DNA of 28,062 nucleotides from a virus. Its lineage: Duplodnaviria; Caudoviricetes. Below are positions 25,639 through 28,062 of this stretch, in pieces (positions within the stretch are counted from its first letter, which is position 1; each line of letters begins with the position of its first letter). A program made the translations under genes and the position numbers. The DNA lies in IMG/VR virus record IMGVR_UViG_3300020699_000011, positions 1-28,062 of that record. One strand, 5' to 3'. The notes under the pieces were generated by a model, which searched no databases, was not told the origin of the DNA, and saw nothing but the letters and a program-made list of their open reading frames with translations.

Positions 25639-25922
25639 GTTGTCTCCTGAATCTTCATTTCACTGCCGCATTTAGGGCATGTGTCTTGCCACTTCCAACC
25701 AGTAAAGAAACAACCAGTGCATTCAGCACCTCCGCCCTTTACATGCCCGAAGCCTAAAGCCGTCCTTGTAATAACACCAGTTTGTGCTACTCCAGATTTC
25801 ATTGCTTGACGCACGTCTCTTGGCTCATCAATTGTGACTTTACCTTGGCGATTAGCGTCAATCTTTTTTCCATTTGGAAGTTCGATTCCCGTGCAACCTG
25901 GTGGAACTGAAATAGATGTCAT
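25635..25922 (-). CDS. Hypothetical protein (95 aa) with a C-terminal zinc ribbon
   Basis: CTGC-x10-CPKCG; AGGA upstream of the ATG. Confidence 0.8.
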   Translation of the reverse strand: MTSISVPPGCTGIELPNGKKIDANRQGKVTIDEPRDVRQAMKSGVAQTGVITRTALGFGHVKGGGAECTGCFFTGWKWQDTCPKCGSEMKIQETT

Positions 25923-25955
25923 TAGTGTTTCCTACTTAATTGTTTTGATGACTTA

Positions 25956-25961
25956 ATTATA
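25956..25961 (-). promoter_or_regulatory. Consensus TATAAT -10 element just after the capsid terminator
   Basis: Minus strand ...ttttcttttgTATAATtaagt..., 33 nt upstream of ATG 25922. Confidence 0.45.
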
Positions 25962-25962
25962 C

Positions 25963-25995
25963 AAAAGAAAACGGCGGTGGTTTGCACCACCGCCG
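25963..25995 (-). terminator. Rho-independent terminator after the major capsid gene
   Basis: CGGCGGTGGT-GCAA-ACCACCGCCG: perfect 10-bp stem, GNRA loop, then TTTTCTTTT. Confidence 0.93.
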
Positions 25996-26015
25996 AATTC
26001 TTTGTAAAAATAATA

Positions 26016-27833
26016 CTAGGCGTTTGTACCACCGAGTGCAGCAGTTGACTGCTGTAGACCCTGGATAACACCATTGTATTGTGGCGCGTAGTTAACGAGT
26101 GCACCGTACATGTAAATACTGTAACGGAACGAAGCGTCAATTACTGGCCAGTTGATTGACAGGTAGTCCTGAACCATAACGTTTTCCCAAACGTTGGAGA
26201 CGTTGCTCCAAGACATTGGGAGTGTGTATGAGTTAAGGAATGCAGTACCTTGAGTCAGCCAAGGGTGAACAACGCAGCGGAGAATGCTACGGGTGATAGG
26301 GTTCTGAACTTCAGAAACCGCAGCACCTGTGCGTACTCCACCTACATCATCGCTTGATAGGAACAAACGGTAGTTTGTGTTTGCTCCTGAAGCAATGATT
26401 TCATCAGCAAGACGAGCGATGTCTGAACCTTCTGCAACCAATTCTGCAGGGTCGGCACGGAATCCACCAGTTTGCGATGCGTTACCAGTTGCTGCTGAAC
26501 CACCGTTCCACATTGCTTCAAGAGCAGTGAAAAGAACATTGTGTGTCAGAGTACTGTTGACTGACTTGTTGATGTATGAACCAGTAAATCCAGCAGGATA
26601 AACTCCAGCACCACCAGCAGCTCCACCAGCGTGTCCGTCAAGAATTGACAGCCAGCCTTCGTAGTCATTCGACGAGTATGTACCCGTGTCAGATGCAGGT
26701 GGGTTTGTTCCAGAACCAGGTACAGTTCCTTGTAGTGTAAATGTGGTTGCACCAACATTAGCAGCCATGAGGTAGTAGCCGGCAAGACTTCCAGGAGCAG
26801 ATGCAGCATTAGCAACATAAATGTTGTACTGGTAAGCACCGTTTACTGGAGCAATCTTAACGTCAATCACCTTATTAGCAGCAGCAGCAACGTAAGCGGC
26901 TGTCCCGCTGTTAATTGTTGTTTCACCAAAGTAGTTCTTTGCAGTTACTACAACATAAATGTTGTTTGTAGTAGCGCTAAGTGCTGTCTCTGCTGAAGTA
27001 GGTGCACGCAATGTTAGTGTTGGGTTTGCTGGGGCGGCTAGAGCAGCACTTGTTCCTGAAAGGAGTGTGTACTCTTCACCAAGCATGAATTCCTGCAGCA
27101 ATACCAAGTTGGCAAGAGCAGAAATGTCCTCAAAGCCCTGACCGGCAAATTGAGCAAGCCATGATAGCGATTCGCTCAAACCGAAGAACTTGTAAGGAAT
27201 GTTCATGTCGGTCGCATTTTGCGCGCCAGAGGCAGGCAAGTTTAGCGGCCAGTTCCCACCGATTGACTGACCAGATGGAATTTCCGAGATGGAAATACGC
27301 TGGTTAGGAACGCCAGTCTCAGAACCAGAAATTCCGGTTACGAGCTTAGCACGGTGTGAGGTACCCTGACCTGCGACGCGTGGGACTTTGTTGCGGAGAG
27401 GCGAGTACACCGGGTAGATGAGTCGCGAAGGAGCAACAAGGTCAAACGGTACGAAGCCGGAGCTAAGAGGAGACGAAAGCGTAATGTTCTTGCCAAGCTC
27501 GGCAGAAAGAACGCCGTTCAACTCATTAACGAGTTGTCCGTATCCTGGGTTGTTACCTTCAGTAAGGAAAAGACCAAACTGTGAGGTGAATGCTGGGTTG
27601 ATGCTCTTACGAACTGAGTCAGGGTTTGAAACGGAATTCTTAACAGATGTGCGAAGAGCACGTTCTGCTTCAAATGAACGCTTAAAGATTTCGCCATCGT
27701 CGGTCAGTGGCTGGTTGCCACCAATCTTAGCGAATCCAGCACCCTTGACCAGGTTAGGCATACGACCCGAAATCATGTCAGATGCACCCGAATAACGAGT
27801 TGCGTCGACAGCAGTGTCAGTTAAATTAGCCAG
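26016..27833 (-). CDS. Major capsid protein (605 aa from CTG 27833; 586 aa from ATG 27776)
   Basis: Upstream of the neck genes and followed by a strong terminator; PFDLVAPSRLIYPVYSPLRNKVPR, EEYTLL.G, VVHPWL, YGALVNYAP motifs; higher GC than the tail genes; GGAGG precedes the in-frame CTG. Confidence 0.85.
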   Translation of the reverse strand: MANLTDTAVDATRYSGASDMISGRMPNLVKGAGFAKIGGNQPLTDDGEIFKRSFEAERALRTSVKNSVSNPDSVRKSINPAFTSQFGLFLTEGNNPGYGQLVNELNGVLSAELGKNITLSSPLSSGFVPFDLVAPSRLIYPVYSPLRNKVPRVAGQGTSHRAKLVTGISGSETGVPNQRISISEIPSGQSIGGNWPLNLPASGAQNATDMNIPYKFFGLSESLSWLAQFAGQGFEDISALANLVLLQEFMLGEEYTLLSGTSAALAAPANPTLTLRAPTSAETALSATTNNIYVVVTAKNYFGETTINSGTAAYVAAAANKVIDVKIAPVNGAYQYNIYVANAASAPGSLAGYYLMAANVGATTFTLQGTVPGSGTNPPASDTGTYSSNDYEGWLSILDGHAGGAAGGAGVYPAGFTGSYINKSVNSTLTHNVLFTALEAMWNGGSAATGNASQTGGFRADPAELVAEGSDIARLADEIIASGANTNYRLFLSSDDVGGVRTGAAVSEVQNPITRSILRCVVHPWLTQGTAFLNSYTLPMSWSNVSNVWENVMVQDYLSINWPVIDASFRYSIYMYGALVNYAPQYNGVIQGLQQSTAALGGTNA

Positions 27834-27864
27834 AAACCTCCAAAGTTTCTAATAGTGGATTAAA

Positions 27865-28062
27865 CTACTCAGTCTCGAATGAGACTTTTTCGAGCAGTGT
27901 TCGCAGTTGACTCTCTGCACGCATGCGAAGTTCTGGGTTACCAGACTTCGTCATTTCGCTTAGATAAGCTACTTGCTCTTTGAGACCGTCCTCGGCAGTA
28001 CGACGAAGCACATCGGCTTCAGTTGCTGCCTTTTCAATAGCTCGCTCTACCGCTACCGTACC
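27865..28062 (-). CDS. C-terminal 65 aa of an upstream gene, probably capsid scaffold or prohead protease-scaffold
   Basis: Open frame GTVAVERAIEKAATEADVLRR...LRTLLEKVSFETE*; charged and helical; directly before the capsid gene. Function from synteny only. Confidence 0.6.
   Translation of the reverse strand, partial: GTVAVERAIEKAATEADVLRRTAEDGLKEQVAYLSEMTKSGNPELRMRAESQLRTLLEKVSFETE

Noticed and set aside
25922-26140. 72-aa minus-strand ORF bridging the capsid gene and the next gene (possible capsid frameshift extension)
   Set aside because: It runs through the terminator hairpin, looks non-coding, and I see no slippery site at the capsid 3' end.
1-28062. tRNA/rRNA genes, integrase, transposase, defence genes, alternative genetic code
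   Set aside because: None seen. Spacers are under 100 nt, and TAA, TAG and TGA all end genes normally.

Overview
The whole window is the virion morphogenesis module of a siphovirus-like tailed phage or prophage, encoded on the minus strand. In reading order (right to left) it holds: the 3' end of a probable scaffold/protease gene; the major capsid protein (probable CTG start, internal FN3/Ig-like insert) followed by a strong intrinsic terminator; three small Cys-rich proteins; head-tail adaptor, tail terminator-like and HK97 gp10-like neck genes; tail tube; a tail assembly chaperone pair with a candidate +1 UUU_CGU frameshift; tape measure; hub/baseplate proteins; two paralogous tail-tip proteins with different inserts; three paralogous C1q/TNF-like proteins; a repeat-rich tail fibre; a small zinc-finger gene preceded by a diverged duplicate of its own 5' end; a lysis-like cassette (NlpC/P60, membrane protein, permuted NlpC/P60); and three Gly-X-Gln collagen-like fibre genes, the last truncated by the window edge. 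The most unusual signals are a Russian-doll arrangement of seven small beta domains nested inside one C1q-like protein, a fibre motif split between the collagen proteins that may let them plug together end to end, and the C1q-like trio that may form a heterotrimer. An actinobacterial host is suggested weakly by GnTAnnnT promoter-like and leaderless sites. All product calls rest on motifs and gene order read by eye, with no database search.
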